A stretch of DNA of 64,000 nt from Torpedo marmorata (GCA_977017645.1 OZ360250.1:25606001-25670000), one strand, 5' to 3'; positions 1 to 13,449 are shown, counted from the first letter of the stretch. A program made the numbers and translations. Notes: a model not told the origin generated them from the letters alone.

Positions 1-770
1 CCAGCAATATAATTCCAAGTCAGGATGCTGTGCGATTTGGAGGGGAACCCTCAGGTAATTGTGTTCCCCTCGGGAGACGTCATGAGTTTGACAATTGGTG
101 TATCCTCGGCAAACTGATTTTATAAAGAGTACAAACTACACCACAGTGCACCACTGTGAGAGGATGAAGTTTGGGATGCGGTAGAGTTCATTTTAAGCAG
201 GCTGCTATGTCCTCAATAGTATTCAGCTTCCTGAATGTTGCTGAAGTTGCATCCATCTGACTTGAATTTTGTTAATGGTAGAAAGGTAGTGTGTGTCGAG
301 AATGAATCATTCACTGCATAAAACTTAGCTTCAGATCTGCTTTTGCAGTCACCATATTTATGTGCCTGATCCAGTTAAGTTTCTGGCTAATGGTGACTGC
401 CAGAATGTGGATGATGAGGAACTCAGACAGAGTAATGTCACTGAATATCAAGAGGTGGTTAAATGCTCCCTTGTTGGAAGATGACTATTGCCTGGCACTT
501 TTGTGTTGCAAATGTGACCTGCCATTTATTGGCTGATGCCAAATGTTATCAGGCAAGGAGGCATGGGCTGCTTTATTTGCTGAGGAGCAACAAATGGAAT
601 TAAACATTCAACAACCATCCCCGTGCCTCCTTCTGATGGAAGGATGATCATTGATAAAGCTGCTGAAGATGCCTGGGCCTCTGACACTGCCCTCAAGAAC
701 TCCTACACTGATGCCCTGGGGCTTGGATAATTGGCCTCTACTCTAACAACCTTGGCCATCTTATTTGTGC
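1..770 (-). mobile_element. Old non-LTR retrotransposon RT fragment (same family as 33.8-36.6 kb)
   Basis: Reverse complement resembles the degraded RT 'GVPQGSVLGP' region. Similar segments at 10.7-11.6 kb and 49.7-50.5 kb. Boundaries approximate. Confidence 0.5.
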
Positions 771-1894
771 GAAGATTCACACCCTCCAACGGTGGTACGG
801 AGTTCTTTGGAAGCACCCTCCAAACCGGAACCTCAACCATCTGGAAAGTAAAGGATAACAGGTGACTGAGTACAGCACCACTTCCAACCTCTCTGTCAAG
901 TCATACTGGCATGAAGCTTGGCTGGGTCGGAACACTGAAACTTCCTCTCAACAACCGCAGTGGAAGTATCTTCACCACATGTATTTCAATGGTTTAAGAA
1001 GGAAGCACTCACCATTAGTTCCTCAGGGGCAATTTAGAAGGAGTAATTAATGCTGTTTTTCTCTCTGATGCTTGTATCTGGGGAACAATTAAAAATATAC
1101 TTGCTGAACTTTCATTGCGTTTCCCGGGAAGTCAAGGTTAGGTATAGTTAGAAAGCAGAACTCCCAGGTGGGGGATATTTTCACCAAAAGCATTCAGTCC
1201 CTACTTTTAAGGTTAAAGAAAACTTGTCCTTTTCGAATTTATGATGAATTCTTCTCCACTTGATCTGTTGCAGTTACACCTTCCTGCTACTTATGTACTG
1301 CAGTGTTCCCACTGGGGAAATGTGGAAGGTTCCAATCAACAAGTTTCTTTCTAAGATAGAAATTGAGTAGGAATTATATTGTGGGGAAATTCACAAGCCA
1401 CATACAGATGGAAGGTGAACACAAAGACATTCATAAAAGTCCTGCTCTTGGCACTATTCTTTCAGATAAGTTCCTACACCTACCTCACAGCATCACACAA
1501 GCAGAAGTGCTAATTTTACAGGTTCTCAGGTGGACATATCCATCCTTTCACCAGCTGGTGAGTAATCCCCAATACGGGGGTTTCATATTTTATATCAATT
1601 AACCAGCACAATACCTGACCTCTACCATAGGAGGTACAGACAAGGTCAAAACGTGGAAGCACAAGAGACTGCGGATGTGAGAATCTGGAGCAATAAACAA
1701 ATTGTTGCAGGAACTCAGCAGCATCTAAGGAGGAAAGAGAATTGTCGATGTTTTGGGTCATTAGGACTAAGATTGTGTCCCGATTCCTCCAGCAATTTGT
1801 TTTTTTTTTGCTTGCAAACAGTGGATGTGCTTCTGTGTGCCTCTGGACTCTAATGCACGATTTGGACAGAGGAGCAGGGTTTCTACATTACATG

Positions 1895-2080
1895 CAAACA
1901 ACGAGCTGCTAGAAGAACTCAGCGGGTCAGGCAGCATCCACGGGTAGAAATATCATCACTGCGGGTTGTGATCCTTTAATGAGACTCGATGAAGGGTCCT
2001 AACCCAAAATGTTGACTGACCATTTCTTACCCATGGATGCTGCCTGACCTGCTGAGTTCCCCCAGCAGCTCATTGTTTGC
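1895..2080. repeat. Palindromic Penelope-type terminal repeat (head-to-head copies)
   Basis: gcaaaca..gagctgct..gaactcagc.ggtcaggcagcatcca mirrored by tggatgctgcctgacctgctgagttc..cagcagctc..tgtttgc. The same repeat forms the tail of the GIY-YIG element at about 39.3 kb. Confidence 0.7.
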
Positions 2081-2277
2081 TCAAGATTCCAGCATCTGAA
2101 GTTTTTGTGTTTTTCTACATTACATCTTGGGCACTTTCTTCACACTATTAGTCTGAGACACTTTGAGCAATTAGCCTTTTTTTGTGCCAATCCCACTTAA
2201 CCTTTTTTGTTGACATCAGTTAATCGAGCTGTGTCATTGAATGGCCACATCTGCCTTGCCCCTATGCCTTTCCTTAG

Positions 2278-2588
2278 CTGGGGTGGTGCAGATGGTAGTC
2301 TCTGTCTCACAGCGCCAGAGACCCAGGTTCAATCCCAACCTTGGGTCTGTCTGTGTGGAGTTTGCACATTCCTCTCTGACCACATGAGTTTCTTCCAGGT
2401 GCGCTAGCTTCCTCCCACATCCCAAAAATATATGGGTTGGTAGATTAAATACCGGTAGTTTCGGTAAATTGCCCCCAGTGGTAGAGTCTGGGATGAGAAT
2501 GTAGGGGAAATAAACAAAATGGATTCATAGATCTAAGTATAAAGCAGAGGGTGATGGTCAGCACAGACTGTGTGGTGAAAAGCCTGTT
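2278..2588 (+). mobile_element. tRNA-derived V-SINE (HE1-like), tail interrupted by a MITE
   Basis: A/B-box-like head (ggttcaatccc) and V-domain-like ctgtgtggagtttgcacattc...ttcctcccacatccc. Confidence 0.7.
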
Positions 2589-2590
2589 TA

Positions 2591-2991
2591 CCGTATATAT
2601 GCATGTCATAGTCGATACCGTGTAAAATTCGACCCCCCCCCAATTTTTGGCCCCGGCCGCCCGCCCATCCGAACTCCTGATGCCCCGAATGCGGACTTAC
2701 CACCCAGTCCCGGCCGCCCGCCTGCCTGGCCATCCGAGCTCCCGACGCTCCGAACACGGAATTACCACCTGGTCCCGGCCTCCCGCCATGCCCACCCACC
2801 CGAGCTTCCGATGCCCCGAATGCGGACTCACCACCCGGTCCCGGCCGCCCGTCTGCCCATCGCAACTCCCGATGCCTCGAACAACGCAGGCACTTACTGT
2901 GGTCAAAAGTAGTACGGGTGTAATAGTCGACCCCCTAAATTTACCCAAAAATTTGGTCCACAAATTTCGACTATTACACGCGTATATACAG
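2591..2991. mobile_element. Tc1/mariner-superfamily (Tc2/pogo-like) MITE with internal GC-rich minisatellite
   Basis: 25-bp imperfect TIRs ccgtatatatgcatgtcatagtcga / tcgactattacacgcgtatatacag flanked by TA on both sides; about 4 internal copies of a roughly 60-bp unit. Confidence 0.85.
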
Positions 2992-4317
2992 TAATTGCTG
3001 TGTGTCTCTGTGACTCAGACCTCAGCATGGTGAAGATATATTGTTGAGTTTTCTCTGGGTGTGGAGGGGGTCTCTTCCAATTCTCAGAGGTTGTGCTCAA
3101 GATGTTAATTCTGAACAATAAGGTAGTGTAGCGATAAAGACCGCACAAGTTGTCAAAAGTAACATTTTGTGTATAAAAGCCAGTATTTTAAATAATTAAT
3201 CTTTGTGTTGCTTAATACAGGGAGGTGAAGAATGAAGTATGGTAACTCCTGTGTGTAGTGTGACAGCTATTGCACGTTCCTGGTTCAGGAATGGTCAGTG
3301 TGAGTGACAACAGCAACAGCTTCCCCCACCCCTGTCCCCGTATCAATCCATCTTTAGTCGATTGCAGTCATCAAAGATTTGGCTCTTTTGCCATTAGCAC
3401 ACCCATGGTACTTTGCAATGAATTTATGAAATATAATCCCATTTTAATTTGAGTAATGCTGCATTTCTGTGCACAGAAATGCACCAGCAACATATTAATA
3501 ACGAGATAATCCCTGTTAGTGAAATAGAACATGTAGACATTTGAAGATGAAACATTAACTCTGTTTCTCTTTCCACAGATGCTGCCTGAACTGCTGAGTA
3601 TCTCCAACATTTCCTGTTTTTAGTTTAGAGTTTCCACCGTCTTAAATTTTGCTTTTTAGTGTCTATTAGTGATATTGATTGGGGGGGGCGCGGTAAATAT
3701 TGCCCAGGGCATCTGAAGAACTATATGGTTTTGTTTTCTAAGTCAACCTGAGAGAATGTTTATCATATCATCTGAAAGCCTACAACAATGCAGTATCCTT
3801 TGGAGAGCGGGTTCAGATTTTTGTGCTTTGTCTTTGCAGACAAACTGACTGAGAGAACACCAACCCACTGAGAGTTAAATGTCAGGCATCAGAATCAAAA
3901 GATACTTCATGATCTCTCAAACTGCTGCTTTGTTCCCCTCTAGTGTTAATTCTCCACTAAGGCAAGCACTTGTTTCAATCCTCTCTGCTCCTTTCTCAGC
4001 CCTGGACTGAGATACAGCCCAGCATGGCAGAGTCAGATTGCAGAAGGCGTATTAAAAATAAACATTTGCCCAGTTTAATCACTTCTTAGTTAAAAGACTT
4101 CCATATTACGTTCCAATTCTGATTAAAACCAATGCAATATAATTTCAAGAATGTCTCAGGGATTTTCTGTCGTTTTGAACAAGGTTGAATTCGGAAAACA
4201 TCCTTATGTGCTGCGGGATTATTCTGTTAAGCCGAATCAAAAATGTTTAATTCCCATGTGTTCACAGTAATGTATCAGAAGCTTATTATTTTATTCTTTT
4301 GTGTTCTGACTTTGCAG

Positions 4318-6983
4318 AGCTACATCGGAGTGAAAGTGTGCAGGAGAAGCAAGTGAAGGAAGCCAGGACAAAATGCAAGACCATAGCTTCTCTCCTCACT
4401 TCTGCACCCAATCCTCACTCAAAGGGGGTTCTTATGTTTAAGAAACGGCGTCAAAGGGCAAAGAAATACACCCTTGTTAGTTACGGAAGTGTGGACGAGG
4501 AGAAGCAGAGTATTGACGAGGACGGAGAGTTGCTGCCTACCAGTGAGTCTGAATTTGATGAAGAAGCATTTTCTGATGCAAAGAGCTGGACAAATCAGTC
4601 AACGGGATCAGATTGGGACAGTTCTTACCTGGATATCGAAAAGCCCAAGTCCAAGCCCCAGGGTTTAACTGAAACCAAAGGGAAGGGTGTGGTGTTATTT
4701 GAGCATCAGAGACAACGCGCCACGGAGTATATGATGCAGGAACCTCCAACTCAGACACAGCACAGTCTGCAAATGAAGCCAAAGGTAGAGGCTGAAGCAA
4801 TGAGCTACAGCACAATGAACGGAGGCCAGACCTGGCCCAGGGGATCGGCTGCGTCTGCTGGAACTCCAGCCTTGGATACATTGAACTATTACACAGAAAC
4901 AAATCTGTCACCAAGGGTGCACGCAGAGACCAGTCTGCCAAGGCACCACTTGCAGCATGTTGTACAAGGTCCCCCTTGCCTGCCTGGAGTGGCAAATTGG
5001 ACAGCAAGACCATTCACTCCAGGTTTTCAGCAGAGCCATGCAAGCCCTTTACACTCTGTCTCTGCTCCAGTGCTGTATCGACGGAGTACATCAAATGCAG
5101 CTCCAGTAAAACCTTGGGAACAAGCTACTGGGCAAAACAAAGTCACAAAACCCTTCTCACCACCAGCAATCGAATCCAGGGCAACTGTGAATGTTGTCAG
5201 TCAACCTGAACCAAAGAAAGCTTTGGCGACAATGAGGATGGCAAACAGTTATTCGCCACCATCTGCCGTGATGTCACCACCACCAGCCATGATGTCATCA
5301 CCTTCTGCTGTGATGTCACCACAGCCTGCAGAGGTGGCGCTGCCACCCATGGTGACATCATCATCTCACACAGCGATGTCGCCTCCGCCTGCTGTTACGC
5401 CACCACAAACCACAATCAATTCACCTTCATGCACAGCGGTGACAGCAGAACATACAGTGATGTCACCTCCACCCATGCTGACATCACCTAAACCTCTGGT
5501 GATGCTGACACTAACCGCAGCGATGTCACCACCATGCACATCAATGCCACCAGGTTGCACCATGGCATCACCAACAGCTGCAGTGATGTCACCACCGCCT
5601 GCAGTGATGTCACCACCACCTTCAACAATGACATCCCTACTCACAGCAACTCCATATTCAACACCCAGGGCGCCAGTCACCAGCACTGCTACCTTTCGAA
5701 TTTCTTCAACGTTACTGCCACAGAGAGAGTGTGAAGGCCCTCCCAGTGCTGCAGTAAACACTCCTTCCATTGGGAGCACTTCATCAACAACTTGGACAGC
5801 CAATCAGCCATCAGAGAGCTTGGCTACGAGAGAGCAAAGAATTTCAGTACCAGCCTCTAAAACTGGTATCTTGCAGGACGCTCGTCGTCGGAGCACCAGG
5901 AAGCCAATGTTTACAAAAACTGAAGAGAAAAAAACCTCACCAAACCCTGAGCTTCTTTCCCTGGTACAAAACTTGGATGAAAAAAAGCCAGACCACGTGG
6001 GAGCAGGATTTGAATCGGGCCCTGAAGAAGATTTTTTGAGTCTTGGTGCTGAAGCATCAAATTTTATGCAGCCCCAGGCATGCAGGCAAAGTATTCCCCC
6101 TCCCGTTGCCCCAAAGCCTTATTTAAAGACTCAGTTCATCGGTATTGGTTCCAATCATGTGGTGAATGGAACCAAAACACCAGCAACCCTGCAGCTGAAA
6201 GGAAAGGGGGCGGAACTCTTTGCTAAGAGACAAAGTCGCATGGATAGGTTTATTGTTGATTCAGTGCCGACCCACTCTTCGCAACCAAGAGGACCATCTC
6301 CCACTCCTTCCCTTCCTGCTACATGGAAATATTCTCCCAATATCCGGGCTCCACCTCCCATTGGTTATAACCCCATTCTCACCCCATCTTACCCATTGGC
6401 AGCCAGCAAGTCGCAAGCAGCAGCAGCCTCCAATAGGGAGAGGAAGTGGATCCCAGGAGGGAGCCAAAAGGTGGGGATAAAAGCCATCGATTTCATGAGA
6501 CGCCAACCTTATCAATTAAATCCAGCCATGTTCAGTTTCGATGAATCCAACTTGAGGTCAGGAAGTGCTCCAACGATGCCACTCAGCCAACAATCCTTTA
6601 TCTCCACCAAGCACATCCCCGTGAAAACACCAAGAGTCTGTGAGATTAAACGCTTTTCAACCCCAGTGCCGACCATCACTCCCACAGTCATTGCTCCGCG
6701 GTCAGCCACAACACTTGCTGAGCCCGTGTGGATGTCTGCGCCCAATTCTCCACCACCGGTATCACCCAAAGTATCTCACAGAAATGGGCTGGCTCCTCAG
6801 TACGGAAGGGCACCTGGAGAAAGTTCGGAAGTAATATTTGATCCTTCGGTGCTCCAATTCTCACCTATAGAAGAAATGCAGGTGCAAAAGAAGTCACCGA
6901 TTCCTTTCCCTAGACCGAGGTTCTCAGCTGTGAGAGGTGGGAGCAATACCCATACATGGAGACCGGAGTCACTCCAGGAATGA
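4318..6983 (+). CDS. SYNPO2L: Synaptopodin 2-like protein (CHAP), large terminal coding exon; upstream exons lie outside the window or were not found
   Basis: Open frame (E)LHRSESVQEKQVKEARTKCKTIASLLTSAPNPHSKGVLMFKKRRQRAKKYTLVS, plus GFESGPEEDFLSLGAEA, KGAELFAKRQSRMD and WKYSPNIRAPPPIGYNP, matches SYNPO2L as I recall it. Acceptor is a pyrimidine tract + tttgcAG (4316-4317, phase 1); stop TGA 6981-6983. Lies directly upstream of MYOZ1 as in other vertebrates. Confidence 0.95.
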
Positions 6984-7069
6984 AAACATGTTGACGTGAA
7001 TTTTGATTCTTAGTGGATAGAAGGAGATTTTCCAAAAGAAAGTGGACTATTATCCTGAAATGAAAGGAA

Positions 7070-7430
7070 GACTTGAATTTATATATCACTTGTCTGGACC
7101 TCAGGACATCCCAAAGTATTTTTTACAATTTTGAAGCATATCACCATGCAGGAAACATTGCAGCCACCTTTATGCACAAATAGCACTATGTTAATGACCA
7201 GGTGTTGGATGAGGGGTAGATTATTTCCCACTGTGCTCAGGATTTCTCCCCATGTATTTTTTTTTCAATTTCGCACCATGCCTTCTTGCACATTCAGCCA
7301 GGTGGACAGATGAGGTGGTCTAGTAGAGCAGAACTGTTTCAGTACTACACTCGCATCAGTCCGCATTATGTGGTCGTCACTGACTGGGCTCAACTTCACG
7401 ATTTGTTGACTCACAGTCAAGAATGCTGCC
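7070..7430 (-). mobile_element. Old DeuSINE/SacSINE1-like SINE in the SYNPO2L 3'UTR
   Basis: L2-like tail signature (acttgaatttatatatcac...cctcaggacatcccaaag) and degraded body; a related piece at about 3370-3870. Confidence 0.5.
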
Positions 7431-8542
7431 ACTTACATCCAAAGAAATGCTATTCTAAACCAGTGATTATTCACATAGTCCTATATAAAGAACTTGCGAC
7501 CATATAGTGTTGTGAAGAATTTAATGTTTAATTATTTTTGGCATTACATGTAGGAAGAACCCACTTTTCATCTAAAAATGTATTGGAGTGAGATGGTGTC
7601 AACTTGAGGTCTCTCTGTATTGCAATTACTTATTAGAACCTTTTAGGGTTCTGATTAACAAAATGTAAGATCATTCTTCCCATAACACCTCCTTTGGAGC
7701 ATAAAGAGGAAGTACATCATCCTGCTTTGCAATTTGCTGGATTTGACCTTATAATGTAACATTGGTTTCTTCTTGAAAAATCCTTCTTTAAAACACATGC
7801 ACACTCCCTCATTCTACTGTGTGCAACAGATAAACTGAATATTTTTGGAGGGATTCCTGAATTTAGATAAATTCCTTGTTGTAATGCCTCACACAAGTTA
7901 TAAACGGTCAGACTAATAAGTGAAGACCTGCAGCAATAGAATTAGATTGTTAATTCTGTCCTAAAGCATCTGTGATGGTGATAACAGTTTGAAAGGTAAA
8001 GATAAATCTCAGAAGAATCACAGGAAAAAGCCAAAACCAACTGAGGCGATCCTTCATTCTCGGACAGATGCTTTATTTGCAGTGAAGGAAACAGATCTAA
8101 CTCTGGCACAGCTGATTATCAGTTGAGAATTGTTTCCAATTAACTTTCCATTTAAATAAAGAACTACTGAGTTGTCGATGACCTGGCACCATCCTTTTCA
8201 AGTCGAGTTTAGTATACATTCAACAAATGTATTATAGCATTCAGCTCTGAAGGATCGGTACAATATACATCCGCTGCATTATTTAACCCCAGACAAGATA
8301 ACCATTGTAGTCATCTTCAGATATGGTTCAATTGGAGTGAAGGGAACCTGACCAGATCACACGCTATGCTGATCAACCTCGTGCCATTCCTCAGTGTTAG
8401 CACTAGCATATCAAAGGATAGATATTAAGGGCTTTGAGAAATTACAGGGGAAAAATACAAATTACACAATTTGTTCCTGAATTTGCTTCAGGAATGGCCA
8501 AATATTAACTCTAGATCTTATCAGAAGGTAACAAACTTTATT

Positions 8543-8769
8543 TTAAAAAAAATATATTTTATTTTTCATTTTCAGAAATGTTCACAAAACATTAATAAAC
8601 AATCATGAAATATACACAAATTTCAAACGTGTCAAGTACAGAATACATTACACCCCTTAACCCTCCCTTCCCCACCCAAAAAAAAAAAAGAATAAAACCA
8701 AGACAAAAGAAAAAGAAAACTAAATGTACTGTCAGTGCTTACAACTTTTGTTCAAGTATTTGGGGATGT
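8543..8769 (-). mobile_element. 5'-truncated L1-like 3'UTR insertion
   Basis: Exact 16-bp TSD GGTAACAAACTTTATT at 8527-8542 and 8770-8785; G-rich patch and AATAAA on the minus strand. Confidence 0.75.
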
Positions 8770-9570
8770 GGTAACAAACTTTATTATGGTCAAATATGAA
8801 TTCTAGATCTTATTAGAAAACAATTAAGTTACTCTTACCTTTGGGATGTTGGAAATAAGACTGCAAAATATGCAATGCGATTCTTAAAACAAGTGACGTA
8901 AAACTGGTTGTATTTTCTATTTTTGTTGCAAAACAATTATGATGAGTGAAGACTGGATACATTTTGAGGATATGAATAGTTATGGACAGAAATGGTGGAA
9001 TTGATTGGGGATGCAGAGAAGATTGGATCAGATGGGACATGGATGACCTTGGTTTCTGTATGTTGTGATGGGAAGCAGAATAAATGGAACTGGGGATTAG
9101 TTCAATGATTTGAGCTGGTTTAAGCTGTCATTTCTGATAATGCAAAGGTTAATTATTTTCAAAAGTTAATAATATTTAAAAGTTTTCTTCATACTATAGT
9201 TTTTGACCAACCACTGAGAATTATTACCGGTACTCATTAAAGTTCAGTAGTGAAAGCCTCCACTTTTATTTGCAGTTTCACACAAAACTGATAAGTGCCT
9301 TGATTATTAGTGTTGCCAAACTGAAGAGTCTGTTATCAGTTGTGGCACATAAAGCTACTGTGATTTGTAAGCCGTAAATCTCACATGCTTTTATTCTTCA
9401 TCACCATTAATTTGCACATAGCTTTGAAGAAAATGGGCTCAGGGGATTGATGCTAACTCAAGCTCTTGGTTGTATTGCTCTCTCCATGCAGTTAGGCATT
9501 GCACAAAGCAGTCAGCAAAAGATAATTACCAAATTATTTAACTTTTATCTGTAATTCAGTCAAAATATTA

Positions 9571-9815
9571 ATTTTAAATTTAGACATACAGAACGGTAAC
9601 GCGCCCTTCCGGCCCACGAGCCCGTGCTGCCCAAATATACCAATTAACCTATGACCCCTGCACGTTCTGAAAGGTGGGAGGAAACCGGACCACCCGGAGG
9701 AAACTCATGCAGACACGGGGAGAACGTACAAACTCCTTACGGACAGCGCCGGATTCGAATCCTGGTTGCTGGCGCCATAGCGTTGCGCTAACCGCTACGC
9801 TAACCGTGCCGCCCC
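9571..9815 (-). mobile_element. Young full-length tRNA-derived V-SINE
   Basis: Minus strand GGGGCGGCACGGTTAGCGTAGCGG...GGATTCGAATCC (A/B boxes), V-domain, tail gtatgtctaaatttaaa; CpGs retained. Confidence 0.88.
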
Positions 9816-10295
9816 AATTGGATTTTGAAATCTGAAACAAAATGAAAAACGGTTTGAAATACTCATTGGTCGGGGCATTAATTCTGTTCCTATTCACAAA
9901 TAGAATGTCTCAAGATCAACCTTTTGAGATGGATGTTCCAATATCAGGCTGTTGACCTGAAAGGTTAAATGTCACTCTCCACATATGCTGCCAGACCTAC
10001 TGAGTGTTCCCAGCACCTTTTGTCTTGAATCCTTAGTAATTACCAGGCAAAAGCACCTTTGCAACATTTGGCTGTTTTATTTGGAGTGTCTTTGGAGTGA
10101 CAGATTGTCAGTAAATGAATGATATGCAGACCCCATTTTCGGCTTTGGGATAAGTAAGTGAAGCAACACAGCTCTGCACTTTACCAATACTAATAGATGT
10201 GCTTTATTTCTTAGTGGTCTTGCCTTACTTTGTGCAAACTATATGCATTTATTGCAGTTTTAATGTTCAAACTGTGCTGTTTTCTGATGTAAAAT

Positions 10296-10301
10296 AATAA
10301 A
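10296..10301 (+). terminator. Candidate SYNPO2L polyadenylation signal (about 3.3 kb 3'UTR)
   Basis: AATAAA after a U-rich UTR-like stretch and followed by GT-rich sequence (tttgtgggttgttg). Alternative AATAAA at 8155-8160. Confidence 0.4.
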
Positions 10302-13300
10302 ATGTGAATAATTTAACATTTGTGGGTTGTTGAGAGAATGAAAATATGTTTAGTTGGTATGGAATGAGTCACAACTGAAGTCTAGAACAAACCAAGGTGG
10401 GAGTTGTTGGAGGTTGTTTGGCTCCTGCCAAAGGAGCTGGAACAATATAACAATATCTTTTCAGGAACACATGCACAACTTTGTTCTTTCTTGTTGTAAG
10501 GCTGTGAATCTTCTAAGGAATTAAAAATTTCTTGAAACTGCAGGGTAAAAATCGTCGCAACAAAAAAAAAAGTTAAACTGTAGAGAATCCAGATTGTTTG
10601 ATGGATGGAAACTATGGGATGAAACCTACAGGAACACGTCCTACTAAAACCAGAAACTCTACCCAAAGAAGGGTTTGCTTTATTTGTAACCAGGAGGTGG
10701 ACAATTTATGATTTTCATTTTTTATTTGGGATGTGGGCATTCCTTTTATGAACTATCCCAAATTATCCTCAAGAAGGCCGCTGGTGAATTGCTTTCTTGA
10801 ACAGCTGAAGGACTTCTGATGAAGGCACCAACACCGTGCTGTTGGTTTAGGAGCTCCAGGATTGAACCAGTGGCAATGTAGGGATGGCAATAATGTTTTG
10901 GGTCAGGATAGACTATGAATTGAAGAGGAAACGCTGCAATTGGTAATATCCTCTTGCATCTTGCTAACAAGCTACTGGATGGCAAAGTGCAAGTTGTCAG
11001 AGTAGCCTAGGCAAGTAACTGTGGTGTATTTCACAAATACTGCACAGTGCAACTCTGGTGTGCTAGTGGTGGAAGGAGTAAATGATTTGGTCTGTATTTT
11101 TTGGTGTTTGGAAGAAGCAGACATAAAGATGGCTTGAGAGCGTAGATGTTGAGATGTTTTCCCCAGTGGAAAAGGCACAAAGAAGGAGACAAAATTACAA
11201 GATGAAGGCTGGTCATTTAAAACTGAGGTACAAGAAAAATTCTTCTCACAAAGGATGGTGAATCTGGATTTTTTTTGCTCCTGGAGGCTAAATCATTATA
11301 AATATTTAAGATGCAGATGGGTACACATTTGAAAGATTGCAACTGGCAAAAAGAGGAGTAGAGGTCAGTATAGATCAGTCTTGATCATATTGAATGGTGA
11401 GGCAGGCTTAAGAGACCTGGGGCGGACTCCTGATCCTGTTGTGTTCTTGTATGGACTCCACTGAGACCACCTTCATACACCTGAATGCTGTTTGCAGTGA
11501 ATTCTTCAGATGGTGCATTCGGAAACCTTATTTTCCTGGATTATCATTCCAGCTACCTGACCACAAAACTGTTCACACTCCTGACTTGTAGATGGTGGAA
11601 GGGCTTTGGGGAGATAGCAAATGAGTGACTGGCTATGGACTTGATCAGCTGAGAATGAAGGGGAATTCTACGACAGAGCGATCAGCTGTTGTGGTTCCTC
11701 CGACTCTCAGCCCTTCTAGGCGTGTGGTGACCTGGCCCACAGCAGAGTCCTGTTGGTGCCAGCAATTCTTCCAATAGACTAGGGTAACAGGCAGAAGAGT
11801 AATGTGGCAATTCCTCATCAGCGTGCAACTTGTGGCTTCTCTTCTGGCTTGGGAGGAAAGTGAAAGCAGAGATAAACTTATCTCCAGCAAGAGATAGAAA
11901 GAAACAAAAGAAGGAGTGCAACTTAAAGGAACTGAGAACCAGCCAGAAAACACACAAGGGTTATTAACCCGTCAGTTGTAATGAATACCACCAGGGGCTG
12001 TAGACATATCATTTAGCTTGTGGAGCTGGAGTTGACAATGTGACGATTATCTGCAGCATTACAACACACGTGGCTATGCACCCCTGACAGTATGTAGTAT
12101 GAGAGCATACTTGTACACTGTGATAGAGCACTGCCTGATGGAGCATACCATGTCAGAGTGGAGTGTAAAAGTATGACAGGGCACTGTGTGACATGTAACA
12201 TCGGGATATGTGATGTTAATCAGTTCAATATATGCCGGGGCAAAGTGTGACAGTACAATGTATGAGTGTGATGTAATCAAACAACATGTGACAGCTTTTT
12301 AAAGAAGGTTTATTTATTTACATATTTACAATACAGTATATACATTTAATCAGAAGATACAGGTACAAAATATTCAAATTCAAATTAAAACATGACCATC
12401 CGTGACAGTGCAGCTTTCAACTATGATAGCACACTTTCATAAAAGTTAAGAGCCATGGGTGACAGTGTGACATGTGACAAACTACTATGCAACAGTGGTG
12501 TGAAAGCATGTGAGAGCACACTAGTGCAATGTGGGACAGCAGAACTGCCCGAGACAACTTGCCAATGACATCTCTATCAGTACAATGCATTGTGTGACAA
12601 TTAATTCACACAAAGATGTGTGACAGTTTTAGGCATGGCAGTGAATATGATAATGCAGTTTAACAGAAGAGCTTGCAACAGTAAAAGAGTGACTGTGTAC
12701 CATGTGATACAGTGCAACATGACAGGGCACATATGACGGAGTAACATCTGACAGCATGATATGTGACAGTGGATGACATGCAATAATGCAAATGGTGACA
12801 GTGCAGTGTGTGATAGTGCAACATTCAATGGCATAATATGTGCGGCAGAATGCCAAACAGCACAAAATAGTGTCGTGCAATGTGTGACAATGGAATAGTC
12901 ATGGACTATGACTATAGTCCTGGACCTGTGAACAGCCACTATTGACCAATTTGCACTCTCCTGCACCCTCCCTCCCTTACCCACACCACCCCCCCCCCCC
13001 CCCAAACCACCACCCGACTGCACAGGGTACCTAAAGATGAGGAGTGTGGGGCTGAAAAGCAACCCTTTCAAAAGCTTAAACAGGGCTGAAACCCGTCATA
13101 TACCACATAACCATGGAAAACGGACTCTTCCAGGCTACAGAAATGGCAGGGGACCTGGGAGTCCGGGAACCAACTTAAAACCCGATTGCTCTGTGCAACT
13201 TTCTCCAGCCTAGGTCCCTGAGTAAAGGTAAGGCCTCCTACAAAAGGGCGACCTGACTCCCACGTGTGGAGACCTTCACTGGGGATCTCCCTTGCTGCTG

Positions 13301-13449
13301 GATGGCTGAACAGTCCATCATGGGGCCTGTCCAGGTGGCAGATAAGAGCAAGGGAGTGCATGTTGGAGCAGCCTGAACAGGAAATGTCTCTGCATAATGC
13401 GGAACAGCACAGAAGGCATTTCTGAGAGATGGCATATGTTCATTGATAC

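Noticed and set aside
3221-3241. Small upstream SYNPO2L exon (ATG AAG TAT G|gtaact) that could start a short isoform
   Set aside because: Phase-compatible, but the donor is weak and there is no homology support; chance occurrence is likely.
4299-4317. TTG start of the 894-aa ORF
   Set aside because: Lies in the intron polypyrimidine tract; the exon begins at 4318.
13068-13435. Possible coding or Tx1-like fragment
   Set aside because: GC-richer and repeat-like, but I could not assign any motif with confidence.
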